Below, one piece after another: positions 49,651-62,319 of a stretch of 64,000 bases of DNA; within the stretch, counting starts at the first letter, position 1; every line of letters starts with the position of its first letter. Source of the stretch: Callorhinchus milii. Taxonomy: Eukaryota. The position numbers and the translations under genes are program-made. The DNA lies in contig NW_024704742.1 in the NCBI RefSeq assembly GCF_018977255.1, forward strand, positions 4,156,001 through 4,220,000. Direction: 5' to 3'. The notes under the pieces were generated by a model. The model saw nothing but the letters and a program-made list of their open reading frames with translations, ran no database searches and was not told the DNA's origin.

Positions 49651-50142
49651 TAAGGAACAGTAAGCAACTTCTTTCTAGGCTGGACCCCTCACACTATTGC
49701 TACCCAGCACGAGCTTGGAAACAACCTCCAGAAGCGACCGGGCCGGACATGAAAAGGAAAAAAGGAATAGAAGCATATAGAGAAACAAAATAAAATTCAG
49801 GAAATTATAGAAACAAGAGATATCCCCAGGTCCTCTGACACAAAAGGATGCCACCTCACAGCCTACAGAGTAAAAACACAATCAATCACAATGTTACCGA
49901 TGATAGGTAAACCTTGTCGTGACAATATTGTCCTTTCTACAGTAACATTTTACCGACTAGATATAGAAAACTGATGAGTTTTCACATTTTTTTTGAAATT
50001 TTGTGTTCCTCTTTTCTGCCTCAAATTTATTCCCCAATTTATTCTCGATCTGATTAATCCATACCTCTCATCTCCTTCATACGCAGGCCATTTGGTTGTC
50101 AATGATTAGTGCTGCTCCACCTTGGGGCAAAAATGGAAGGAG

Positions 50143-50410
50143 ATAATAATAATCCTTGCATTTGGTGCAGCGCCTTTCACATCGGGAGGATGTCCCCAAG
50201 TGCTTTACAGAATTTACTGTGAAGTGGAGTTACTGTGCATTTGTAGGCAAACGTAACATCCAATATGCGCACAACAATGTCCCACAAACAGCCATGAAGT
50301 GAATGACCAATTCTATTTGGGGAATTGTTGTCTCGGAAACAGAGAGAAACTCCCTTCTGTTTTCAAATTATGCCATGGGATCATTATGTCCACCTGAACA
50401 GGCAGACAGG
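50143..50410 (-). mobile_element. Deu-domain SINE, 5'-truncated
   Basis: Tail plus tgccatgggatc...tccacctgaacaggcagac. Confidence 0.8.
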
Positions 50411-52194
50411 AGCCTGTTCAAATGGACATAAAGGATGGAGATGACCTATCCCTTTCTTGACAGTACAATGAAAGGTTGTACAGTATTAGCCACTTATGTT
50501 GACATGTCAGGGCCATTCAAATTTTGTCGACCTAAGCCCTCACAAGCGGCAATAGGTATTCTGTGATCAAAATTTCGGAAACACGTATTTGCATTGATTT
50601 ATTTAAAAAATAGCCATACAGTTTATTAAAATTCCTGAACATTTATTTACATGTATTTTCGTTACCTTATTTACAAATATTTCATTAAGTTATTAACAAA
50701 AATTGCCATGTAAGTAAATAAGTCATTTAAGAGGATATTGTCACCATAAGTGGTAAGAAAACAATGCCTTTGATACGGTTAGGAACCTGAACAATTTGTC
50801 GCCATAGTGTCCTGGGGTTTATGTTGACATCGACGCAGACGGTAAATTTTCAGTGTTAATGTACTTCACTTTTTTGTTGATATAAGCAGGATATGGAAAA
50901 TGAGCAAGTATCAGACAAGTGGGTAGGACTGTAATATATTTCTATTGGCAGTGTATAGTGCTATCAGGCCACTTGCGCTCAAATTACGGATGCTAGTGCT
51001 TCGAGATTTCTCTCAGTGGAAATCAAGTACAAGAGGGATTCTGAATTCTAGCGAGAGTACCCAGGACTTTTGATGTACAAGGTGAGAGGGGGTGAATACC
51101 AAATAATGGACAAGAATCCTGCCACCTTGGAACTAGTTTTTCTCGCTCAAAGTATCTTGCAAAAATAAACAAATTATTTGTATCCTTTCAGTGATTCGGG
51201 CGTACTTGGATGGAGAGAAAGAGGTGGAGAATCTAGTAGAAATAAGCATCCAAGTGAATGATTGTAGCTGTGGAAGGAGTCGGTTTTTGAAGTGCTGAAT
51301 TGTCTTTTCTTTTCAAAAGTAAAAAAAAAACGACATTCACGTGAGACGGGAGACTGTGGGAATAAAAGCAATATTTCAAAGTTAACTAAAAGTCAATCTA
51401 TGCATGGAATGGATAAATCAAAAATTATAAATCCCATGAACAAAGAAAAACACAATTAAATTGCTTTTCAAGAGAAAGGGAAGAGATTAAAATTGGATTA
51501 AAAAGTCATAACCCAGAAGGAGTTTAATACTGAGAATATAACACAGCCACAATAAAATATTTCATGACCGAACCTTTGGTCGTTGCTTGTACCTAGCAAC
51601 GACTGTTTAAAACTTGCTTGTGTACAATACAGCATTGAAAACATAACCCAATTACTATTATCAGCGATGCAATACTCTCTAATCCAAGGCGATTATATCT
51701 GAACAGCTGGAATTTAGACAAATTTACACCCGATTCGAACAAAAAAAATCCCTTTCTATTCTCTCTTACTTGTTTCTTCACAGAATTTGACACGAAAACC
51801 TTCCACCCGCTATTAAATTCTTACACGTTTTCAGGCATCACTGCTCTGTGTAAGGAGGTCAGGTGAGGTAAAAGGCTGTGCTGAGGAGGGGACAAATCTC
51901 ACGATATTGAAAAATGTTTTGAAGTTTATAGAAGACAACAAAAGCTCCGAACGTTCTTTGCATTTAATCCTTTTTCATTCCCCCCCACTTCTTAAGAAGC
52001 TGGTAATACATTTGTTAAAATTTAATTGGAAAGCAAGGAGGTGACAATAAAAAAAAATTACAATAACTATGTTGACAGATATAAGGCAGAAAGTCGATTT
52101 GTCAAGGAAACTCTGGAGCTCCAAGAAAGTAGGTTAGCTCAGACATTTTAAGATGTTCAACAAGTTCCCTAGCATAATGGGTAAAGGCCTTTTG

Positions 52195-52790
52195 CTGTAC
52201 AAATCCATAGAGATCAGAAGATTGTTGGTTCAAACCCTTACCTGTGCTGAGTTATAAGTAATCTCAGCCATGGCAGCATTCGGGATGCTACAATTGGTCT
52301 CTGTACCTGGGATTGGAATTGCAGTCCTTCCGATCTGCGGAGTGTGACCTGTCCTCACGCAGAGAAAGTGGAGACACTGGAATACAGAGCTCACTTGAGC
52401 ACCTGGTCGCTGGGCTCGGGCCAGGCTTGTCCTGCCCGAGAGGCCATCCCTTCACTTGACCTGCTCGGGTGGTTGTGAAGACAACTATCAGGTCTGCATT
52501 GTCCTTTGACAATTTGGGGCCGAGAAGCATATGAGGAGGGGATTGGGGTTCGTCTGTGGGGGACATCCCTTGTTCCCTAAGTGGAACGTGATTCGATCTA
52601 ATTGGGTTAATGGAGTTGAGCAGGGTCTAACCTCACTCACCAATATTTCTTTTTTTTTAAAAAAACTTGATTGGAGGGGGGAAAAAAATCAAAGTCAGGC
52701 CTCGTGTGATTGATCACTATCAGGCCCTGCATAAAAATGTGCACATGTAAATGTTGGGTAAGAGGAGAATTAGATTTTGATATGATTTAC
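52195..52790 (+). mobile_element. AmnSINE2-like copy split by a 351-bp insertion (52318-52668) with a GATTGGA target duplication
   Basis: ctgtgctgagtta...atctcagcc...gctacaattgg on the left resumes as gggggaaaaaaatc on the right. Confidence 0.55.
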
Positions 52791-52828
52791 CACTTCAAAT
52801 ATGATGCAATAGCACTGGGATGAGGTAA

Positions 52829-53370
52829 TATATAATAATTCTTGCATTTGTTAGAGAGTTTTATCACGTCATTGAGACACCTTAAAGCGCTTCACAGAGT
52901 ACATTGTAAAGTGAATTGACTGCATATTTTGTGGACGAAACCCAATAGCCAAATAATCTTTGCATTTGATAAAGCACTTTAGAATAATTAATAGTAATAA
53001 TCATTGCATTTTTGACATATTACCTATCACATTGGGAGGATGTCTCAAAAGTACTTGATAGAATTTACTGTGAAGTACAGTGACCGTATTTGTAACTTAG
53101 GCCAAGGTAGCAGCCAATTTATGAAGAACAGTGCCCAACAAATAACCATGAATTACCTTTTTTTAAAAAAAATCGGGAGAATTGTTGGCCAGGATACTGG
53201 GAGAAATTCGCTTTTCTTTTCGAATAGTACCATGGGATCTTTAACGTCCACCTGAACGGGCAGATGGACGTAATGTCTCATCTGAAGGGCAGGAAACTGG
53301 TAATGTGAGGCTTTCTCAGCATTGCATTGACGTGTCAGCCTGGACTGTGAGCTTAGAGTAGTCTGAATGA
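52829..53370 (-). mobile_element. Cluster of SINE tails followed by a Deu-domain SINE (about 52990-53370)
   Basis: Three ttgcattt tail starts; ccatgggatctttaacgtccacctgaac. Confidence 0.8.
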
Positions 53371-53519
53371 CAAAAAAAAACAAAGCCATCTTTTTCACTT
53401 CTTCCAATAATTAACCATCTCGGACTCTTGCCCCTACTCAACTTCATTCAGGTTTAATCAGCCCCGGGAGCATTATTTCGGCTGGGCATTCAGCTTGACT
53501 CAGTTATCCCTTAAGTCTG

Positions 53520-54030
53520 ACATTGGGTCTAATGCTAAAACAGCATTTTTCCATTTTCTGAACCTTGCCTGTATATGCCCACCCCCATCTCCGCTCTCTG
53601 CTGCTGAAACCTTTAACCACTCCAGGTCAAGAGTAGATTTTGTAAATGCTCTAGTCATCACGGACAAGTTACATCTTACCCAAAACTTTGCAACTCACAG
53701 TCTCTTCCTTGTTAGGCCCTTCAAAACTAAGTCTCAATCTTCTGAAATCTCTTCAATCCCAAACCTCTTGCCTGTACTCTTATTCTGGTTTGTTACTCAT
53801 TCATTCCTCACTTCCTCTGCCTCAACATTGGTAGCTGAAGCCTAGCCGTCATCCACAACACCTCTGAAAATTTTCACCTCACTTCTTCTCCCCTTGCCTT
53901 CAAATCCTTCCTAAAACATTCAATTGTGTGTTTGGGAAACATCACAAACTCCTTTCACCGTATTCCCCATTATAATTGTGCAGCGCTTCATTCATTCTAC
54001 ATGAAAGACAATATATAAGTGCAAGTTGTT
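53520..54030 (+). mobile_element. Degraded L2 LINE 3' region
   Basis: KTAFFHFLNLACICP...AAETFNHSRSRVDFVNALV resembles L2 ORF2; tail atataagtgcaagttgttg. Confidence 0.7.
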
Positions 54031-55644
54031 GGCTTAATTGACTGCAGATTGGACTGATTGATAGTTAACTTAACAACCCAATAGTTATCTTATTTCATGG
54101 TATTTTACACATTAAACACAATATTATTTCTCAGCTGAATACATAAACAAGTTGTTACGCATCACATCTGTCCCACTTAACCACTGATTTTCCCAGTAAA
54201 GTCAATTACTACAACATAAAAAATGAATGAACTACATAAACCACAAGGGTTAACTATTATGTTTTTAATGCCATTAATATTTGTGGTAAAATAGTACCAG
54301 TATCTCCATGATCAACTTTTTCTAATCTCATACTTTTACAGACCATCCTAATGAATGCGCACATACTTCTGAGTGCAATAGAACATTCTTTTTACAAGGA
54401 TCTACAAACCCTATAAAAATTTCCCTTATAGCTACGACATCGGTCCAGAGGGAAAGTTATTTATTGCCAACAATGAAATGCCTAATGTTAGCATTCACTG
54501 TAGAAACATAAGTTACTCATGCCCATTTCAACTCAGGTTAAGACCCCCTAGCAGATGTGGGGCAACAATAACTTATCTTTAGAAAATACTATTTCTATTG
54601 AAGTTAGCTTTAAATAATTCAGTCACTGCATATCTACGCAGTGTGTCTTTCTGTAGTGTTTTAAAGTGACTTCCCCTTTCTCCCTTTTAAAGGAAGTGAA
54701 ACTAAGATCCCATGTGCATCTTGTTATGTCATGTCCATTTACAAACACCAGTTCATGAAAGATAAGAGTCTCCTTCCAGGATATCAGTTCCCATAAGACT
54801 TCAACAGCCACCTGGACGAAAACCACACCATCACAGGGGCGGCAATTATTTATAACTTTTATATTTTTAAAATCGTTTCAACCGATTCATTTTTAATGGC
54901 GACTTTTTGGAATGAGTCTTTGAAATGTAATGAAACCATATGCGAATATTCAATTCTCTTTAAACATTTCAGAAATCCTGCTTTGACGTCGATTGATATT
55001 CATTCAAAATTCATCACGAGTTATCACTATAGTGTAGATTTGTGATAAGTATTGAACAAGGATACTATGATGCACTCATGGGTGAAAAAATTAGGTGTGC
55101 TTTGACATTTTCTGAACTCAATAGTAGTGAATGTAGCATTAACTTGTAGCATAAACAGCGACACTTCAAATTTAGGTGGAAGCAAAATCCTGCATCTCCA
55201 GAAGCAAAGGTACTTACCCACAGTGTCTCAACACGTTCATATCAGTGGGTTATCAAGAATGGGGTGGGGGGGGGGGGGGGGTCTGTCTAACACGAGGTTT
55301 CAATTTAGAAATTCCTAAAGTATCAAATATGAATTACTCCAATTGACCAGAAGCACTCCCCAAAAGACAAACAGCATTTGAACTGTGATTTTTAAACTGC
55401 AAAATTACATTTAGTAGTATTTTGCCTATTTTGTTTAGTAAAGAGGATATTTCGCAGTCATAAAATTTAGATTCAAGTATCAAAAATCAAATCTGCAACC
55501 AGGTCTTTACTGAGAACAGTAATGCTTTAGGACATTCAAAATAAGCCTAATTACTAAAATAACCCACATATTTTTAGAGGCTAATATGAGAAACAAATCC
55601 AGTCCATCAGGTAATTTGAATAGTACACCAGGGTTATCCAATGA

Positions 55645-55960
55645 ATAGCTGAGGCCATACACTGAACCGAGTTAGCTTGATCTCAGCCAGTGACAGTGGT
55701 AATGGCACAGCAATTAGCTTCAACAGCCTGGTTTTAGCGAATGAGAAAGATAATCAGGGTTCCTGTTCTCAATCCCCAACCACCTGTGATTACCTTCCTC
55801 TGCATCTCAACACCGTCAAAGCTCTCACCTGGAGAACACAGTAATCACTTGTGTAGGGTACCAGAAGGCATCTGTGAACCCACACCCCAATATTAGGAAA
55901 AATGGGTCAAAACATATTTAGGAGAGGCAAAGAGGGGAGAAAATTGGTGGGGTGAAAGTT
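55645..55960 (+). mobile_element. AmnSINE2-like ancient SINE
   Basis: gagttagcttgatctcagcc...caattagcttc...cagggttcctg...gggtaccagaaggc. Confidence 0.55.
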
Positions 55961-57369
55961 GTTGAGAAAATAACATTCTAGAAGTTCCTTCGAAGGATTT
56001 TCAAATTTACTGTGTGTTGAAATTGCTCTGGTTAGTACTTGCCTTAGACTTATGCAGTTTCAGGTCCGTTCCACTGCTAGACATTTTCAATTCATATCAT
56101 GTGCCAAATATAATGCAAATTTTAATTTGGTTCCTGAAGTTTATGCCAATATATAAAATGGAAGACTCCGTTTCAATTTTATACCTACCAGTTCTTGGAG
56201 TCTGATGTAGCGAGCCTTCAATAAGGACCCAACATCCTAGCTCAGCACCATTGTACTTTCCTTTACCGGGGTCACTGTCTTCTCTTCATTAATGCCCCTA
56301 AACTTAAGTGTTGGCTCGCTTATACTTGGGTTGATATGGTTGAGAAATCAAGAAGACGAAAAAAACCTCTACATTAAATAAGATGCGTTTGAGCTAAAAT
56401 AAACTTTTTTTTTAGCTGAATGATTTCATGCTTTGAGAGAGAGAATAGTGAAAGATTAGTCTCACTGATGTCTTCCTCCCCCGCCCCATCATCAGTACTG
56501 ACTGCTCTTAGGGGCATAATTTCCATCACTTCCGTTCATTAATAACCAGATACATCATAGCATCATAGCACTTTTGACTTGATACTGCCTCACACTTACT
56601 ATACCAATTGGATAAAGCAGAACGCACTCCTACACTGACTAGCTGGCTTCCCACATTAAAAAAAAATGTCTGACCTTTAGGGCTGACAGATCGCCACCGA
56701 TGGCATTTCCTGCACACTGTGGATGCACCCTATGCATAGCAAGCACTGCCTCCAAGTTACAAACAAGTGACACAGAGGTACTTCCTGTGCAGTGAGTGAT
56801 ATCGGACATCAATAGCCCAGAGAAGTTGGCCATTTTTTTCCCTCCGCCCTTAAAATTTAAAACACGGCCACTGAATCATTGTACACAGCGGACAGCGCTT
56901 ATGACGTGGGCTCCTTGTGTTTATTTTTCATTGTTTGCAAGAAATTCTAACATGTTTAGTATCATTGTATAAACTTTCCGGTAGGAGAATATGCTTGTTG
57001 GAAACGGCCCGATCAGAACTCAGAAAATGAATGCAATAAATGTTAACCAAACTGGAGTTAAAAGGCATGCAAATGACACCAACATTCGCAGTACTCTTAT
57101 CTCATGGTGTAGTCACATTCGTGCTGTAACCCTTTAAGGAACTGTGGTGATAATAAAACGAACAAGCATTGAGATCAGGTGCACCATAATCAACCAAAGA
57201 CAACTAGCATTTACGTAGGTCCTTTCAAATCAAACTGTATCAAAATATAAACTGATCAAGTTAAGAAGGGAGCATCGTTCTTTAGGCAAACGTGGCGACT
57301 AACCCAGCGACATTTCATACCCAACTCTAGAAATCAACTATGAGAAGTAATTACAAACAGTTAAGCATC

Positions 57370-57795
57370 AGCCATGTTCAGTTGACAGCACCCTTGCCTC
57401 CGAGTCAGGACACCGTGGGCTCAAGCTCCATGTCAGGAACTGGAACTTATATCGTCTAAGATGATGCTCCAATGCAGTGCTGGGCTTGTGCTGCATTGTT
57501 GGAGGTGACGCCTTCAGATGAGATGTTAAACTAAGGTCCCGCCTGCCTGTTCAGGTGGACGTTAAAGATCCCATGGCACTATTCGAAAGATAAGGGAATT
57601 TCTCCCAGTGGCTAAAAGTGCCCCAAAATAAAATCAGTCATTCACCTCAAGCTGTTTATGGGACATTGCTGTGTGCGAATTGGCTGTCGCATTTGCCCAT
57701 AAAACACAGAGTCACTCCACTTTACAGCTATGAAGTGCTTCGAGATGACTGTCAAATGTGAAAGGTGCTATTTTAAATGTAAGGATTATTATTAA
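57370..57795 (+). mobile_element. Full-length Deu-domain SINE (SacSINE1-like)
   Basis: tRNA-like head, Deu domain cctgttcaggtggacgttaaagatcccatggcactattcg, and the shared tail. Confidence 0.85.
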
Positions 57796-59330
57796 TACCT
57801 TCATCGGCATCTTAAGGTTTGTTCATAACAGTACAGAAGCAAAGTAATTTTAAGCAGAATATTCATTGTGTTCTCGTGGTCCTCAAAGCTGTGGAGATGA
57901 ACATGATGGTCAATTAACGATAGAAGTAGTTTATACTGTATACATCGTGGCAGAAAAAATAAGGCCCTATTAGAATCTATAATGTCATCAGATACAGCAG
58001 ATGACGTGACCAAAGGAACATTGTCACTACAGTGTTTAAATACATGCTTGTATTGTCTGCAAATACACAGTCCCTACACTTCACAAAGACATTGTTGTAA
58101 CATTGATGTATTTGACATTATAAGCACCATATCAAAGACAAGGGATTATGATTATAATTTTAGGAATCAATTATCATCAAGCTAAGATGAACTAATGTAA
58201 AAGTAAAATCTCAACATTTGTTAAAGATTGAGGGGAAGCCCAATAACCTTTCGGAAAATGTAATGCATGATGCAAAATCGAATCAGAAATTTATTTAATC
58301 TGCAAATAATTTCCAAGATGTAGTATTAACAAAAATGATACTGTTGAAAATTCAATTCACTTGTGCATTGAAATTCATCTCTTTTGGATCAAACTACACC
58401 CAAATGCTTTTCACATAGTTAAGAAATTGTTCAGCGGTGCAACTATTAAGTGGATTTAGTATTACATTCAGTTCTATAAGGGTGGAAGGCAGAGGAATGT
58501 TTTTATTTTCTAATATGGGGATTTATTTACTCAGTGTCATCACTCTTGTCAGAGAATTTTAAAGCGATTACAATATGGGTTATGTATGACTCCGTAAAAT
58601 CCATGCACTTTCACAAAGACCACAAAAAATTTATGTTGAAAAAGGAAAGTTAAGCAGTCTTAAATTTCTTAAGTCAGCTTAAATTTTTAAAAGGAAGCTT
58701 CTCTGAATCTTGAGATAATGAACTCTTCATATTGTCCTTTAGGATAAGTACAAGCTCTGATTTACGGAGACGACAGAAAAATATCAGCCGTAACCAAATG
58801 GATCAGGAAGTGCGAAAAACCTTTTTACTGAATTTCAGTTTTATAATGACATTTTAAGAAACATACAGCACTTCATAAAACAGAGAAGAACTACCCATCA
58901 ATCTTACTCAGGAGAATTATCCATGTAGTATGGTTCATTTACACATTTGAGTGCAATGTGTAGAGTATTACATATTATATTGCAACTAGCAATATTTTCC
59001 TAAATTGTGGGTAGTGTTTACTTATTACATTGCAACTTCAAAAACAAAAAGTGCTGATAGAATCACCAAACTAATATACAAGTTTTTAAAAGGTTACTTG
59101 CTTAAATCAGTAGATTCTGCAAACAATTTCCGACTCAGTCCCTACCAATTTGTATATTATTGCGTGGCATCTGCAAATCATAAAAACCATCTCATTCCTA
59201 TCATTTATTGCAAAGTATTTACTGTGGTGAATGATGTAAGGAAAGCAATGTCCTCTTGTAAAAGATCGCAATACTTAGCCACTCAACTCAAAAAGGTAAA
59301 AGAAAGCAGGCCTCGTTTTTCCCATTTATA

Positions 59331-59660
59331 TGGAGTCCTTCAGCCTATTGGTTAGAGCACTTGCCTTGCAAGCGAGAAGACCTGGGCTTCGATACCCGGA
59401 CAGAAAGAAACGTTAGGCAAGTTTCCTTATTCCACACACCTCTGTTCACCTAGCAGTAAATAGGAACCCGGTTGTTAGTCGATTAGCGGCTCGCATTTCC
59501 GGGGGTAATAATCCCTTCCAAAAAAATAACAATAATAATTTGGTCAATCAATCTATGGCTGTTTGTGGGGACGCTGCTGTGCGCAATTGGCTGCCGTGTT
59601 TTGCCTACAAAATATACAGTCAATTCACTTTACAGTATATTCTGTGAAGCGCTTTGGGAC
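59331..59660 (+). mobile_element. tRNA/CORE SINE, 3' end clipped
   Basis: tggagtcc...ggttagagcacttgcc...gtgaagcgctttgggac. Confidence 0.9.
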
Positions 59661-59713
59661 TTATGAAGTGAGGTACCCAAAAGTGGACACAGTGCTCCAG
59701 TTTTAGTCCAAAC

Positions 59714-59927
59714 CAGTGTTGGATAAACTGTAGCCCACAGGGCCATCAAGAACCAACCCCCGCCCACTCCCCACCAAATATTCACACGAGGCTACGTCCG
59801 TGTTCGATCGGTAGTGCGTTTCTAGCTTTTTTCTTGATTGAATATTTCTTGATTTGTGGCATAATCAAGAAATATTCAATCAAGAATATTTATTTTGTTG
59901 TCCGACCAAAAAGACTGGCCACCCCTG
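59714..59927. mobile_element. hAT-Charlie-like non-autonomous element
   Basis: Ends CAGTGTTGGATAAACTGTAGCCC and GACTGGCCACCCCTG; the 8-bp flanks gtccaaac and ggctaacc match at 5/8. Confidence 0.5.
59831..59886. repeat. Perfect inverted repeat, 24-bp arms, 8-nt loop
   Basis: ttcttgattgaatatttcttgatt-tgtggcat-aatcaagaaatattcaatcaagaa. Confidence 0.92.
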
Positions 59928-60467
59928 GGCTAACCAATGATTTGTATAAACTTAGCAATTATTCCTTTGCTTCTGTACCTTATGCCACTGTGTAGAAAAC
60001 TCAGAACGCAATTAGCTTTTTTCACAGCTCTTTCCATTTGTGCTGCCAGTTTCAAGGACTTATGTGCCTGCATACCCTTTTCCCTTCTACTGCTTGCAAG
60101 ATACTGTCATTCAACATATACTCCCTTCCTCACTTTTTCCTTCCAAAACAAATCACCTCATATTTTGTTTCATTAAATAGGTCTTCCCATTGCGCTCATA
60201 GGACTTTATTTAAGTCCGCCTGCTGTCTCCTACCAACCTCCCCACCTTTCATTATACCTTGTTGGAATCTACTTGCTTTGCACTTCAACTTTAAGTAAAT
60301 CCCATGGCTGATCAGCTGTTTTATGTCCCATTTGCAGCTGTTTTATGTCCAATTTCACAATGCTAACTCCCTCTTCATCTCTTTGAAATTTGCTTTTCTC
60401 CAGTCAAGCACTCTTAACCCTCACCTTGTTCAAAGAGTTGATTGGTGCTGTTGAGAGGCACATTTTA

Positions 60468-60865
60468 GTGGAGTCCTGTAGCTTAGTGGTTAGAGCACTT
60501 GCTTCACAAGCGAAATGACCTGGGTTCAATTCCTGACAGGGCAAAACGTTGGGCAAATTTCTTTACTCCACACGCCTCTGTTCACCTAGCAGTAAGTAGG
60601 GTCCCTGTTGTTAGTCAATTGTCGGATTGCTTTTCCAGGGGGTAATAATCCCTTCAAAAAATAAATAAACAAAATAATAAATAACTAATAATTTGGCCAC
60701 TCAATCCAAAACTGTTTGTGGGACACTGCTGTGTGCAATTTGCTGCTGCAATTCACCCACAAAACATACAGTTAATTCACTTTACAGTATATTCTGCGAA
60801 GCGCTTTGAGACATCTCGAAGATGTGATAAGGCGCTATATCAAATGCGAGGATTATTATTATTAT
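60468..60865 (+). mobile_element. Full-length tRNA/CORE SINE
   Basis: Head, CORE-like ttgggcaaatttctttactccacacgcctctgttcacctagcagtaag, tail and (ATT)n end. Confidence 0.92.
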
Positions 60866-61779
60866 CATCACCTTCTCTGGTACTATTTTCTATCTTGATA
60901 GTTCACTACACTATGAGGATTGCTCTTTATGCAGGTTCCCAAAAAATCACAAGTCAGGTTTCATTTTCATGACACAACATACAAGTTAGTGTATTGCCTT
61001 TCATAGGAAATAAAATTAATTTGATTGTAACTTGGTGTATAAACTGTCACCATCTGCCATGGTACCTCTGCAAAAATAAAACATTGAAATCTGAAAAATA
61101 GTAACCATTATATTTCTGTTTTTTGTTCTAAAGGTGTAATAAATTTTAGCAAAGATGGGTTTGTATAATGCTATCTCTACCTCCTAACTGTTGCTACATT
61201 TCAATAAATCTCAGATTGTGTTATATTTTGGGTTATAATGCTGGCTTGTTCAGCAAAAAAATATTAAGCCGTAAATGCTACTATACTACTAGTCTGGTGA
61301 TATAATCTCAGAGCCTAACCCCACAATCTTTGTATTTAGTCAAAAATAAATTCTGCCCAAATAGACTGTCATGTGAAACAGCAAAGTAAATTCATTTTAC
61401 AGCACAGTGGAATGCAATTTATACCAATTCTGTAAAAGAAATGAAAAAACAGAAACTTCCATTGGAAATTCATTCCGTAACTTACATAGAAGTAAGAGAT
61501 CATTATTGCTGTAATGTCCTCCGATTGCAAAGATACTTCATCAAGCAGTGATGTGTTTAAAATTCAATGTAAGAGTGTTTAGAATTGAAAAACAAATTCA
61601 ACATTTACTTCATCACTGGGCAGGCAATTGCTTTCTTAACTCTAACTTACAACTTGATGGATGAAAACGTTTCAGAACCTTCCTCCAGGACAGAGCACTA
61701 GAGGCCTGTATTTCTCTGAATACATTGTGCCCCCCCACCCCTCCACGCTTGGGTCCTGATTCCCCCCGACTGTACAGCG

Positions 61780-61832
61780 GCTTGGGACGTCCTCCCGACG
61801 TGAAAGACGCTTTCCAAATGTAATTTGTTGTA
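61780..61832 (+). mobile_element. L2/SINE tail fragment
   Basis: ttgggacgtcctcccgacgtgaaagacgct. Confidence 0.6.
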
Positions 61833-62319
61833 CGTTGATTGGCACTGACTAATAGTCAAACAGAGATTTGTGAGCATACCAAGCGCCCAGAGTTTGCTGA
61901 GTGCAATTGTTGGTATCAATGCCTAGACGAGTAGACCAAAGGGCTAGAAACGGCAAAGAGGGGAGCATCGTTTGAAGTTCCAACGCCTCCGAGGAACAAG
62001 TGACATGAAGTAAGTGTGGATGAACTAACATTAGTGCTGATTCAAATCTTGAATGAAAGAAAACAAAATGAGAAGGTATCCAGGAAGCACCCCTAACCGG
62101 AGATTGAGAGAGCAATCACTTGCCTTGTAGTAAAATCCTCAGTGTTCTCTTGTTCTATAAGACTGCCAAAAGATCTGTTTGTAGGTAACAGCCAGAATTG
62201 ATGTGAACGGCTCTGGCTGAATTTCATTTGTGTCGCTGGACCTACTCAAAGTATCCGCGATGACATTCTGTACCAGTGAAAAGTATTGAATAATACCGGA
62301 ATAATATAATACGATACAA

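Larger units (their letters stand above)
59665..60430 (-). mobile_element. CR1 ORF2 fragment with a nested hAT element
   Basis: Minus strand reads KFIQIIG/LYKSLV-like and [12 protein letters not shown], matching the CR1 LEYCVQFWSPH motif. Confidence 0.65.

Noticed and set aside
56510..57010. Harbinger-like terminus (ttaggggcataatttcc) suggesting a MITE
   Set aside because: No convincing matching opposite end or target duplication was found.
60313..60356. 22-bp tandem duplication (similar small duplications near 14309, 42630 and 49348)
   Set aside because: Ordinary slippage-type duplications with no further structure.
7722..60865. CRISPR-like array suggested by the recurring gagacgtctc/aagcgctttg motif
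   Set aside because: These are dispersed SINE tails in both orientations at irregular spacing in eukaryotic DNA.
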